From positions 78,651 to 142,650 of the forward strand of contig CAZLLO010000001.1 of the NCBI GenBank assembly GCA_964560525.1: 64,000 nucleotides of DNA, given 5' to 3'. The position numbers were made by a program, and so were the translations under genes. This DNA is from an uncultured Candidatus Saccharibacteria bacterium (GTDB taxonomy: Bacteria > Patescibacteriota > Dojkabacteria > SC72). The notes under the pieces are model-generated. The model saw only the letters and a program-made list of their open reading frames with translations, was not told where the DNA came from and searched no databases. Below, piece by piece: positions 55,433-64,000 of this stretch (the first letter of the stretch is position 1; every line of letters begins with the position of its first letter).

Positions 55433-56395
55433 CTAGCTTTTAATATTAACGTTATACTGGTTTAATAACTCGATAACTTCATTGAGAGATTTGTTTCCAA
55501 ATCCTGGTAAGTTCAATAGCTCTGTTGCTGTTGTATTTCTCAAATCTGCAATTGTCTTGTATCCACCTGCTAATAGACCTGTCTTAGATCTCTTAGATAT
55601 TGGTAAGTCCTCAACTTTCCATGATCCAATCTCATCGCTATCCTCTACAGATGTCTCAGTTACTAGCTCTGCTTTGTTTGCTTCTTCTGCTCTCTCTTCG
55701 ACTTCTTTCTGTGACATTCCCATTGCAATCATTACTTTTCCTGAGAATTCTTGTAATATCTTTGATGCTTCTAAAAGTGCATCTTTTGGTGTAATACTTC
55801 CATCTGTGGTAACACCAATCAATACTGCGTCTAGGTCGGTTTCCTGACCCTTACGAGCTTGTTCTACACTTAGGCTAATTTTCTCAATAGGTGTAAAATC
55901 ACAGTCTAGAGGAATCAAACCAACTTCTTTTCTCTCTGCATTTTTAACATCTCTGTATCCAATACCTGATTCTACTGTAATTTCCATATTCAATTTAGAA
56001 CCTGCATCTGTTAAAGTAGCTATTACTAAATCTTTATTAACAACTTCTAAATCTCCATTTACTGCAATATCACCTGCAGTTACAACTTTCTTTCCTTTTG
56101 CAGATAGCTTACATGTGAATTTATCGTCCATGTTTGTTTTGAATTTGACCTGCTTTAGATTCAATATGATATCTACAACATTTTCTTTGATTCCATCAAT
56201 TGCAGAATATTCATGGCTAACACCATCTATTCTTACACTTGTGATTCCAGATCCCTTAAGACTTGAATACAATATTCTTCTCAAAGCATTTCCTAATGTA
56301 TGACCATACCCTCTTGAGAGAGGAGATATTTCAAAAAGACCATAGTTTCCTTCTTCTTCTTTGATTACTACTTTAATATCTTTAAAAGCTTCCAT
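55433..56395 (-). CDS. rpoA: DNA-directed RNA polymerase subunit alpha
   Basis: 320 aa. NTD motifs LSRGYGHTLGNALRR. CTD LLNLPGFGNKSLNEV. Confidence 0.9.
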   Translation of the reverse strand: MEAFKDIKVVIKEEEGNYGLFEISPLSRGYGHTLGNALRRILYSSLKGSGITSVRIDGVSHEYSAIDGIKENVVDIILNLKQVKFKTNMDDKFTCKLSAKGKKVVTAGDIAVNGDLEVVNKDLVIATLTDAGSKLNMEITVESGIGYRDVKNAERKEVGLIPLDCDFTPIEKISLSVEQARKGQETDLDAVLIGVTTDGSITPKDALLEASKILQEFSGKVMIAMGMSQKEVEERAEEANKAELVTETSVEDSDEIGSWKVEDLPISKRSKTGLLAGGYKTIADLRNTTATELLNLPGFGNKSLNEVIELLNQYNVNIKS

Positions 56396-56413
56396 GTAGA
56401 TATATATATAAAA

Positions 56414-57025
56414 TTATCTAGAGTAGAACTCTATGATTAGGTTCTCCTTGATACCTTCGTCAATTTCTTCCCTTACAGGCATTCTTGATACCTTAGAGTT
56501 GAGATCTTTTCTCTCGATCCACTCTGGTGTTGGGAATAATTGCTGATCTGGTGCCAATTTGGCTAATTTCAATGTAATGGTATCACCCTCTTTTACTTCA
56601 TATGATGGAATAGTGAATTTCTTTCCATTTAGTAATATATTTCCGTGTACAACTGCCTGTCTTGCAGCTCCTCTTGAAGGAGTTAAGCCTGAAAGATAGA
56701 CAACATTATCCAATCTCAATTCTAGCAATCTTAAAAGCTCAATACCTTTATCTGTATTTCTTGTCTTTGCTCTTCTATCTGCTTCCTGATATACAGATTT
56801 CATCTTTCTCTCTCTTAATCCGTAGGTTCTTTTAACTTTCTGCTTTTCTCTCAATTGTAATCCGTAGTTAGATAATCTTGCCTTTCTTGCATTACCATGT
56901 TGGCCAGGAGCAAAAGGTCTTCTTTCAACACCATTCTTTTCAGAAAATGATCTTGCACCTTTGAGATGAAGATTTACACCTTCTCTTCTACTTAGTTTTT
57001 CTTTTGGCCCTGTATATCTTCCCAT
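56414..57025 (-). CDS. rpsD: 30S ribosomal protein S4
   Basis: MGRYTGPKEKLSRREG. S4 domain. Confidence 0.9.
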   Translation of the reverse strand: MGRYTGPKEKLSRREGVNLHLKGARSFSEKNGVERRPFAPGQHGNARKARLSNYGLQLREKQKVKRTYGLRERKMKSVYQEADRRAKTRNTDKGIELLRLLELRLDNVVYLSGLTPSRGAARQAVVHGNILLNGKKFTIPSYEVKEGDTITLKLAKLAPDQQLFPTPEWIERKDLNSKVSRMPVREEIDEGIKENLIIEFYSR

Positions 57026-57050
57026 CTAAATAAATATGTATAAATATTAA

Positions 57051-57443
57051 CTACTTTCTAGGTATCTTTCTTGGTCGGCATCCATTATGTGGAATAGGAG
57101 TTCTATCTACTAGCATTGTGACTTTTAATCCTGCAGAATCCAGACCCTTGATAGCCGCATTTCTACCAGCTCCAGGTCCTTTAATAAATGCCTTTACTTC
57201 TTTAAGTCCATATTTCTTAATAACTCTTTCTGCTAATTCTGTAGCTGCTTTTGTAGCTGCAAATGCAGTGCTTCTTTTTGCACCTTTAAAACCAACAGCA
57301 CTTGGACTTCCCTGACCTAATACTTCTCCAGCATCATCTGTTAATGTAACAATTGTATTGTTAAATGTAGATTGTACAAAAGCCATTCCTGTTGTTACGT
57401 TCTTCTTTGCTTTTGTTTTTTTCTTAGTCTTGGTTTCTGCCAT
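57051..57443 (-). CDS. rpsK: 30S ribosomal protein S11
   Basis: GMAFVQSTFNNTIVTLTD...GFKGAKRSTAFAA. Confidence 0.9.
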   Translation of the reverse strand: MAETKTKKKTKAKKNVTTGMAFVQSTFNNTIVTLTDDAGEVLGQGSPSAVGFKGAKRSTAFAATKAATELAERVIKKYGLKEVKAFIKGPGAGRNAAIKGLDSAGLKVTMLVDRTPIPHNGCRPRKIPRK

Positions 57444-57460
57444 TTTTATAATATATGATG

Positions 57461-57844
57461 TTAAGTCTTAGCTAATACTCTCTTCAAACCTCCAATTGCT
57501 CTACTCTTTCCTTTTCTAGTGTGAGCATTGTGTCTTGTTCTTTGTCCTCTAACAGGTAAACCCAACTTATGTCGGATTCCTCTGTAGCATCTAATATCTT
57601 TAAGTATCTTAATATCTCTAAATATTTCTTGTCTTAATGCACCTTCTAATTTGTAGTTCTCTTCTATGTATTTTCTAATAACATCTAGTTGAGCTTCAGA
57701 AAGATCCTTAACAAGAGTATTCTCTTCGATATTAGTATCCTTACAGACATCATGTGCTCTTTTAGTTCCAATACCATAAACATTCATAAGAGACACCCAT
57801 AACTTCTTATCATTTGGAATTTCAATACCTGCGATTCTTGCCAT
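57461..57844 (-). CDS. rpsM: 30S ribosomal protein S13
   Basis: MARIAGIEIPNDKKLWVSLMNVYGIG. Confidence 0.9.
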   Translation of the reverse strand: MARIAGIEIPNDKKLWVSLMNVYGIGTKRAHDVCKDTNIEENTLVKDLSEAQLDVIRKYIEENYKLEGALRQEIFRDIKILKDIRCYRGIRHKLGLPVRGQRTRHNAHTRKGKSRAIGGLKRVLAKT

Positions 57845-57873
57845 CTTAAATTTGTCTAAACTAAAAAGTTAAA

Positions 57874-57990
57874 TTAACCCTGTCTCTGTTTATGCTTAGG
57901 ATTCTTTTTACAATATACAAAAACTCTTCCACCTCTCTTTACTGAGTAACAATCTGGACATCTTTTTTTTGCAGAGGCTTGGACTTTCAT
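57874..57990 (-). CDS. rpmJ: 50S ribosomal protein L36. Below the ORF-track length cutoff, so missed by the track.
   Basis: The minus strand translates to [38 protein letters not shown], 38 aa ending in TAA. The Zn-ribbon C..C...C..H is present. Confidence 0.85.
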   Translation of the reverse strand: MKVQASAKKRCPDCYSVKRGGRVFVYCKKNPKHKQRQG

Positions 57991-57994
57991 ATTA

Positions 57995-58228
57995 TTAATT
58001 CATTGATCTAAAAGTAATTCTACCTTTTTCCTTATCATAGGGCGTCATTTCTATCTTTACCTTATCTCCTTCGAGAATTCTGATAAAGTGCATTCGCATC
58101 TTTCCAGAGAGATATCCTATGACGTTATGCTTAGAACCATTCACATCGATTTCTACTACAAATTGAGTATTTGGAAGACATTCTTTGATAACCCCCTCAA
58201 ACTCAAAAACTTTTTTACTATCAACCAT
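57995..58228 (-). CDS. infA: Translation initiation factor IF-1
   Basis: [27 protein letters not shown]...[24 protein letters not shown]. Start taken at the internal Met, which gives the canonical length of about 77 aa. Confidence 0.85.
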   Translation of the reverse strand: MVDSKKVFEFEGVIKECLPNTQFVVEIDVNGSKHNVIGYLSGKMRMHFIRILEGDKVKIEMTPYDKEKGRITFRSMN

Positions 58229-58369
58229 AGTAGAATCTTTCTTTCTATGTAAATGAATCTCAGGAATTATATCAGAATAAGAGCATTCTTTCAACAGAAA
58301 ATGCTAATTCTGTATATAATCTTGCGATACATAACGGAACAGGGAAAGGATATCAAAAATTTAAACTAT

Positions 58370-59017
58370 TTACAAGTTCAATTTTGCTACAATTTCCTTA
58401 TGGATAACCTCTATAGAAGGACTTGCGTCTACTTCTACAAGAATTCCTCTGTTTTTGTATTCATTCAATATCGGTTCAATAGTCGTTAGATACTCCTGAT
58501 ATAGACTCTTTGTTTTATCAAGGGTATCGTCTTCTCTTTGTATTAACCTCATTCCACAGTTGTCACAATAGCCTTCAATTCTCTCGGGTTTGTATTTTTT
58601 ATGATACGTACCATTGCAATTAGGACATGTCCACCTCAATGCTTTTCGCTCTATGACAACATCTTCTGTAAGTTTTAGATGCACAAAAGTATCTAATGGT
58701 CGATTACATTCTTTCAAGACGTTATCAAACAATGCTATCTGCCCTTCTCGTCTAACAACAGATACAAAAACCCAGTTTTTAGTATTATCAAATTTAGAGA
58801 GCCATTTGGGAAACATTCTGTATGTAAGGTCATCTGGAACAAATACACCTTTTCCCCAGTATTCATGCGCCTTGATACCATCAACATCTCCCATATCGTA
58901 CATAGTTCTAAACATTTCTCCTGTACCTATTTTTTCAAATCCATATTTTTCTACAAGAAGATCGGCTTGTGTGTCTTTACCGCATCCAGAAGGCCCATGA
59001 AAGAGGATAGTTTTCAT
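58370..59017 (-). CDS. adk: Adenylate kinase with a Zn-binding lid
   Basis: P-loop GPSGCGKDTQA. Lid CPNCNGTY...CDNCG. Confidence 0.8.
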   Translation of the reverse strand: MKTILFHGPSGCGKDTQADLLVEKYGFEKIGTGEMFRTMYDMGDVDGIKAHEYWGKGVFVPDDLTYRMFPKWLSKFDNTKNWVFVSVVRREGQIALFDNVLKECNRPLDTFVHLKLTEDVVIERKALRWTCPNCNGTYHKKYKPERIEGYCDNCGMRLIQREDDTLDKTKSLYQEYLTTIEPILNEYKNRGILVEVDASPSIEVIHKEIVAKLNL

Positions 59018-59071
59018 ATATCTAGCACTAACTTATCTTATATATGGATTATTGTAACACAAAACAAACTT

Positions 59072-60337
59072 TTAGAGATACTTGTCATACCTTCGTACAA
59101 CCATCATTGATTCTACTTGTCGCTTTACATCAAGTACTACGCCGATAACAATCAATAGACCTGTGCCAGAGATTACACTTGCGGTCATAAATCCAAAATG
59201 AATCAAGAGATTTGGTAATACAGATACCAAAGCCAAGAATATTGCACCTACAATTGTTAATCTTAAACCTACAGATTTGAGATAGTCAGAAGTAGTATTT
59301 CCAGGCCTGACACCTTGTATAAAAGCTCCTTGTTTCTGAAGATTCTCTGCCAATTCATCAGTATTAAATACTACTGTTAGGTAGAAAAGTGCGAAGGCAA
59401 TGATGAAAACAAACGAGATTGATTCATATATGTATGTATTTGAAAGCCATTCCTGAACTTTAGTTGCCCAAAGAGTAACATTTGCAGAGTAGTTTTTACT
59501 TATTAAAAACTTTGCGATTAACTGAGGAAATGATAAAAGTGACATAGCAAAGATTACTGGCATAACACCAGATTGTGTTAGCTTTATAGGTATATAGCTT
59601 TCCATTGCTCCACCTTCTCTAACCCTTCTTGAGTATTGAATTGGAACTCTTCTTTCAGCCTGTGTGATAATTATAGTTGCAACGATCAATACCAAAAATA
59701 AAGCAAAGAAGAACACTTTTTGAAAGGTATCCATTGTTACGAAGTTCGTTCTGACAGTCCCTGGTATTCCAGAGATAATGCCCAACATAATTAAATATGA
59801 AGAGCCTCCACCAACCCCTTGTTCAGAGATAAGTTCACTAAACCACATCATAACCATCGATCCACCAGTAAGTGCAGCTGACATAGCAATTAGCTCTATC
59901 GTTGGTAATGTACCCATTAACCCAAAACCTCTCAAAGTTGAATAAATAACAAATGACTGAAGTATCGCCAATGGTACTGTGGCAATTCTTGTGTACATAC
60001 TGATCTTTCTTCTTCCTTCTGGGCCTTCTTTTCTTAGTTCTGCTAATCTTGGAATCACGGTACCTAAAAGCTGAAAGATAATAGAAGCGTTAATATATGG
60101 TGTCAAACCAATAGCAACCAAAGATGCTGATTCTAAAACACCTCCTGATACGGTAGAGAGCACATCTCCTAATTGAGTACCCTGAAATAATTGAACCAAA
60201 GCATCAGCAGGAATACCTGACACTGGGATTGCGGAAAGAATTCTATATACGACAAGAATAATCAAAGAGAAGATTATCTTATTTCTAATCTCCTTAGTCT
60301 TAAATATAGACTGGATTTTCTCTTTTATATTTGTCAT
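59072..60337 (-). CDS. secY: Preprotein translocase subunit SecY
   Basis: 421 aa with 10 TM helices, in the conserved position after rplO. Confidence 0.9.
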   Translation of the reverse strand: MTNIKEKIQSIFKTKEIRNKIIFSLIILVVYRILSAIPVSGIPADALVQLFQGTQLGDVLSTVSGGVLESASLVAIGLTPYINASIIFQLLGTVIPRLAELRKEGPEGRRKISMYTRIATVPLAILQSFVIYSTLRGFGLMGTLPTIELIAMSAALTGGSMVMMWFSELISEQGVGGGSSYLIMLGIISGIPGTVRTNFVTMDTFQKVFFFALFLVLIVATIIITQAERRVPIQYSRRVREGGAMESYIPIKLTQSGVMPVIFAMSLLSFPQLIAKFLISKNYSANVTLWATKVQEWLSNTYIYESISFVFIIAFALFYLTVVFNTDELAENLQKQGAFIQGVRPGNTTSDYLKSVGLRLTIVGAIFLALVSVLPNLLIHFGFMTASVISGTGLLIVIGVVLDVKRQVESMMVVRRYDKYL

Positions 60338-60348
60338 TTTTTGAGAGA

Positions 60349-60792
60349 CTATTTTATAGTTCCCCCTGCTTTTTCAATCTTTGTCTTCGCAGAGGAAGAT
60401 AATATGATACCATCGATAGTCAATTTGTTCTTTAATTCACCCTTACCAAGGATCTTAACATTCTCAGAATTTCTTTTAACAATACCCTTTTCTTTAAGAG
60501 AGTCAATTGTTACGACATCGCCAGATTTAAAATTCTTTTCCAAAGTATCAATGTTTACTACATCATTTTCAATCTTGTTACTCTGATTAAAGCCCTTGTA
60601 TTTTGGCATTCTTCTAAAGAAAGCTACATTACCACCTTCAAAGAATATCAAAGATTTGTGACCTGTTCTTGATTTCTGTCCTTTAGAACCTCTTCCAACA
60701 GTATGACCACCAACTCCAGAGCCATAACCTCTTCCAAGTCTTTTACCTTTCATTGTTCTATTGTTTCTCTTTGGTATATTGTCTAGATTCAT
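60349..60792 (-). CDS. rplO: 50S ribosomal protein L15
   Basis: GKRLGRGYGSGVGGHTVGRGSKGQKSR. Confidence 0.9.
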   Translation of the reverse strand: MNLDNIPKRNNRTMKGKRLGRGYGSGVGGHTVGRGSKGQKSRTGHKSLIFFEGGNVAFFRRMPKYKGFNQSNKIENDVVNIDTLEKNFKSGDVVTIDSLKEKGIVKRNSENVKILGKGELKNKLTIDGIILSSSAKTKIEKAGGTIK

Positions 60793-61424
60793 TATTTTTT
60801 GCTATTAACTTTAGGTGTTCTTTTAAAATCTTTCTTTCTATTATCTTTTTTCTCTTCATGTTTCTTTGCTCTCTTTGCAGCTTCCTTTGCTTGCTTCTCT
60901 TTATCCATTTCATTCTTCAAATCAATTCTACCTCTCATCTTGGTCATCTTCTGTAATACTCTAGCACTTCTTAATGATTTTAATGCTAAGAATGTGCAAT
61001 ATGCATTTGCATTTACCTCTTGTGTTCCCAAAATCTTTCCATATACATTTACAACACCTGCTAATTCTAATACTGTTCTTACAGATGATCCTGCGATTAC
61101 ACCAGTACCTGGTCTTGCAGGTCTTAACATTACCTTAGCGGCACCATATTTGTATACAACCTCATGAGGAATAGTATCACCAATTAACTGTATTGTTTTT
61201 ACTGACTTCTCTGCTAATCTTTCACCTTTTTCGACTGCACTTTTAACATCTGCTCCTCTTCCTAATGAAACACCTACTCTACCGTTATGATCTCCTACAA
61301 CAACAATTGTGCTGAATCGTAGTCTCTTACCGCCCTTAGTAACTTTCGCTACTCTTCTGATTGGTAAAGACTTCTTATCAAATTCTCTTCTTTCTCTATT
61401 ATTGTTATTTCTTCTTGGTTCCAT
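60792..61424 (-). CDS. rpsE: 30S ribosomal protein S5, with a lysine-rich C-terminal tail
   Basis: RRVAKVTKGGKRLRFSTIVVVGDHNGRVGVSLGRGADV, then a roughly 50-aa K/E-rich tail. Immediately adjacent to rplO, with no rpmD gene between them. Confidence 0.9.
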   Translation of the reverse strand: MEPRRNNNNRERREFDKKSLPIRRVAKVTKGGKRLRFSTIVVVGDHNGRVGVSLGRGADVKSAVEKGERLAEKSVKTIQLIGDTIPHEVVYKYGAAKVMLRPARPGTGVIAGSSVRTVLELAGVVNVYGKILGTQEVNANAYCTFLALKSLRSARVLQKMTKMRGRIDLKNEMDKEKQAKEAAKRAKKHEEKKDNRKKDFKRTPKVNSKK

Positions 61425-61437
61425 TCTCTATATTTTA

Positions 61438-61761
61438 CTAAATTTTAACTCCATTATTTCTTAATTCATCTGCAAATATCTGGACTAATCCATGATATTT
61501 GTAACCACTCCTATCAAATACAGCATTATCAAATTTACTAGCTTCTTTTGCAAATGTTTTTGCCATTTTCTTAATCTCTTCGCCATTCTTCTTACACATA
61601 ACTGACTTTAGAACAATATTCTTTTCGTCATCAGCCATTCCAGCATAGAAATATCTATTGCTTTTAAAGACAAATAGTCTAGGCTTAGTAGCTGTACCAT
61701 TCACATTCTTTCTAATGTGTAACTTTCTTCTTGCTCTTTTTTGTACTTTTGTGTTTTTCAT
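61438..61761 (-). CDS. rplR: 50S ribosomal protein L18
   Basis: 107 aa. L18 C-terminal block YHGLVQIFADELRNNGVKI. Confidence 0.85.
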   Translation of the reverse strand: MKNTKVQKRARRKLHIRKNVNGTATKPRLFVFKSNRYFYAGMADDEKNIVLKSVMCKKNGEEIKKMAKTFAKEASKFDNAVFDRSGYKYHGLVQIFADELRNNGVKI

Positions 61762-61763
61762 CT

Positions 61764-62306
61764 TTATTTACCTAAGCTAGATTTAGAACTCTTTCTTCTT
61801 ACATACTCACCTTCATATCTGATACCTTTACCCTTGTAAGGTTCTGGTTTTCTGATTTCTCTTATCTTTGCTGCAAATTCTCCAACCTTTTGTTTATCAT
61901 AACCTTTAATTGTAATCTTTGTTTCATCTGGCACCTCAATTGTGACCCCGTCTATTGGTTCCACTTTAACAGGATGGTTCCACCCTAAGTTCATAGAGAG
62001 TGCCAATCCTTCCATCTTTGCTCTGTACCCAACTCCTACTAATTCCAATTTCTTCTCAAAACCGTTCTTTACTCCTTCAATAGCATTAGCTATCAGCATT
62101 CTAAATGTTCCATGGTTAGAATTTGATTGTTTAGTCTCTTCCGTAGAGCTAAGGAACATTTCATTTTCTTTGACTTCAACAGCAACATCCTTAGGAAGAG
62201 TAATTTTAATCTCTCCCTTAGCACCTGTTACTGTAACATCTTTACCGTTTACTAATACTGTTACACCTTCTTCAATTTTGATTGGTTGTAAACCTATTCT
62301 AGACAT
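61764..62306 (-). CDS. rplF: 50S ribosomal protein L6
   Basis: MSRIGLQPIKIEEGVTV... with the two-domain L6 layout. Confidence 0.9.
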   Translation of the reverse strand: MSRIGLQPIKIEEGVTVLVNGKDVTVTGAKGEIKITLPKDVAVEVKENEMFLSSTEETKQSNSNHGTFRMLIANAIEGVKNGFEKKLELVGVGYRAKMEGLALSMNLGWNHPVKVEPIDGVTIEVPDETKITIKGYDKQKVGEFAAKIREIRKPEPYKGKGIRYEGEYVRRKSSKSSLGK

Positions 62307-62310
62307 TTGA

Positions 62311-62688
62311 TTACCAAATCTTACATATTAATTCACCGCCAAGACCTTTACTCTTAGCCATTGCTCCACTCATCAATCCTGAAGGTGTACTTATTATTGA
62401 GATACCTCTTCCATTCATAATAGGGATGATTTCTTTCTTAGAAACATATACTCTCTGGCCTGGTTTACTTACTCTTGTTAAGTGAGCTATTACTGGTTCT
62501 TTATCTTCGTATAGTAATTCAACAACAAGATTCCCCTCTTCTTCTTCAAAGCCACCTATCATTTTCTCTTCTTTTAAGACTCTAAGAATTTCTTTGTTGA
62601 TTTTAGTAGAGATAACTTTTGTAGTTACTTCTTTTCTCATTATTGAATTTTGTATTCTTGCTAACAAATCAGCAATTAAATCGTTCAT
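62311..62688 (-). CDS. rpsH: 30S ribosomal protein S8
   Basis: DLIADLLARIQNSIMRK is the S8 N-terminus. Confidence 0.9.
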   Translation of the reverse strand: MNDLIADLLARIQNSIMRKEVTTKVISTKINKEILRVLKEEKMIGGFEEEEGNLVVELLYEDKEPVIAHLTRVSKPGQRVYVSKKEIIPIMNGRGISIISTPSGLMSGAMAKSKGLGGELICKIW

Positions 62689-62708
62689 TCTATTTTTATA
62701 TAATTAAA

Positions 62709-62903
62709 TTACCAAATTGACTTCTTAACGCCAGGGATTCTTCCCTCGCTAGCTAATTGTCTGAAACATATTCTACATATTCCGTAGTGTCTGATGTATC
62801 CTCTTGATCTTCCACAAAGCTCACATCTGTTATATACCCTTGTTGGATATTTAGATTTGATCTTTAACTGTCTTGCTTTTTGTTCTTTAGCTTCTGTTGA
62901 CAT
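62709..62903 (-). CDS. rpsZ: 30S ribosomal protein S14, type Z (Zn-binding)
   Basis: [22 protein letters not shown]. Confidence 0.9.
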   Translation of the reverse strand: MSTEAKEQKARQLKIKSKYPTRVYNRCELCGRSRGYIRHYGICRICFRQLASEGRIPGVKKSIW

Positions 62904-63441
62904 CTTTTATGAAGGGAAAACCAAATTTATCTAATAGTAACTTACCATCTTTTGCATTTGTAGCTGTTGTAACAATTGTGATTTCTAATCCTCTTATCTT
63001 TGTAACATTGTTAGGATCAATTTCAATGAAGATTGTATGATCATCAATACCAATAGAATAGTTGCCTGCTTTATCAAAAGATTTAGGACTTAATCCTCTG
63101 AAATCTTTGACTCTTGGCAATACAATATTTATCAATTTATCAAAGAACTCCCACATTCTTTCACCTCTTAATGTTGCAGACACACCTATTTCCATACCTT
63201 CTCTTAGTTTGAATGCTGATACTGCTTTCTTAGCTTTATTAACAACTGGTTTTTGTCCAGATATTAACTCAACCATTTTTACAATTTCTTCCAATGCGGC
63301 TTTATTTGAGATTGCTTCTCCAGCTCCGACATTAAGAACAATCTTCTTAAGTGTAGGAACCTGCATTACATTGGTGAAGTTTCCTTCTTTCATCAACTCT
63401 GCTTTTATTCTTTTGTTGTATTCTTCACTTAATCTTGTCAT
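62887..63441 (-). CDS. rplE: 50S ribosomal protein L5
   Basis: [38 protein letters not shown]. Confidence 0.9.
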   Translation of the reverse strand: MTRLSEEYNKRIKAELMKEGNFTNVMQVPTLKKIVLNVGAGEAISNKAALEEIVKMVELISGQKPVVNKAKKAVSAFKLREGMEIGVSATLRGERMWEFFDKLINIVLPRVKDFRGLSPKSFDKAGNYSIGIDDHTIFIEIDPNNVTKIRGLEITIVTTATNAKDGKLLLDKFGFPFIKDVNRS

Positions 63442-63854
63442 TATTCTTTCTTTGAATTAGCTTTAACTTTTGTTTCTTTTTTTACTACTTTCTTAACTGT
63501 AGTCTTTTTCTCTTCTTTCTTAACCTCTACTTTTTCTTCCTTTTTATCCTCGATTACTTTTCCACATTTTTTACATATTCTTACTACTTTTCCATCTGTT
63601 CTTCTCAATCCAATTCTTGTAGCTTTACCACAGAGAGGACATACCAACATCACCTTAGATATTGACAATGGTTTTTCGATTGTTAATATCTCAGATGTCT
63701 TAGTTCTACCATCTCCTTTTAAGTGTCTTTTGTAAATATTTACACCACTTACAACTACCTTATCATTCTTAAGATCTACAGCAACAACAGGACCTGTCTT
63801 TCCGTTATCTTTTCCGTATAGTATTTTTACTGTATCACCTTTTTTAATCTTCAT
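63441..63854 (-). CDS. rplX: 50S ribosomal protein L24, with an inserted C4 zinc ribbon and a K/E-rich tail
   Basis: KOW N-terminus MKIKKGDTVKILYGKDNGKTG. CPLCGK...CKKCGK replaces the usual non-Cys residues. About 35 aa of KKEEK tail follow. Confidence 0.85.
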   Translation of the reverse strand: MKIKKGDTVKILYGKDNGKTGPVVAVDLKNDKVVVSGVNIYKRHLKGDGRTKTSEILTIEKPLSISKVMLVCPLCGKATRIGLRRTDGKVVRICKKCGKVIEDKKEEKVEVKKEEKKTTVKKVVKKETKVKANSKKE

Positions 63855-63869
63855 TTCAATATTTATTAA

Positions 63870-64000
63870 ATTACAATACTTCTGGTGCTAGAGAAACGAT
63901 TTTATCAAATCCTCTATCCTTTAATTCTCTTGCTACTGGGCCAAATATTCTTGAACCTTTTGGTGCTTTGCTCTTTGGATCTATCATTACACCTGCGTTA
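63870..64000 (-). CDS. rplN: 50S ribosomal protein L14 (C-terminal part; the N-terminus lies beyond the window end)
   Basis: The minus strand translates to ...[41 protein letters not shown], the canonical L14 C-terminus. Confidence 0.85.

Noticed and set aside
58253-58489. 78-aa plus-strand ORF between infA and adk
   Set aside because: It overlaps the true infA N-terminal region and the adk 3' end in antisense. Its sequence is AT-rich low-complexity.
1-64000. CRISPR arrays or cas genes
   Set aside because: No series of regularly spaced direct repeats was seen. The only repeated GC-rich motifs are the two REP-like inverted repeats flanking the RAYT gene.

Overview
This is a low-GC (about 33%) bacterial segment. 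Gene content and organisation resemble a Candidate Phyla Radiation (Patescibacteria-like) genome. L30 is missing between rpsE and rplO, map is missing between adk and infA, several ribosomal proteins carry lysine-rich tails, the RNase P RNA is reduced, and a form II/III-type RuBisCO is present. Four blocks stand out. (1) Positions 1-15.6 kb, all on the minus strand: a cell-surface glycan biosynthesis/export island. It contains a GT11 fucosyltransferase, Wzm/Wzt ABC exporter, Wzx flippase, two GT4 and one polyprenyl-phosphate GT2 enzymes, a UDP-HexNAc dehydrogenase, a DUF354 protein, and three large GT-C-like membrane proteins, two of them tandem paralogs. (2) 16-37 kb: a mixed metabolic and envelope region. 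It holds DsbA, an esterase, HIT, ferredoxin, rubrerythrin, prs, the RuBisCO large subunit in an operon with ddl and two unknown proteins, tRNA-Pro, miaA, serS and nrnA. (3) 37-53 kb: lysS, glyQS, two greA paralogs, trmD, tRNA-Glu, pyrH, hup, rny, tgt, queA and fmt. It ends with a RAYT/IS200-like HUH transposase flanked by inverted REP-like repeats, inserted beside an RNase P RNA gene (rnpB). The ORF track missed rnpB. (4) 54-64 kb: the conserved spc-alpha ribosomal cluster, rplN through rpsI, including secY, adk, infA, a missed rpmJ and rpoA. Non-coding calls are two tRNAs, rnpB, a non-canonical tRNA-like element and four intrinsic terminators. All calls rest on recognised sequence motifs; no database search was possible.
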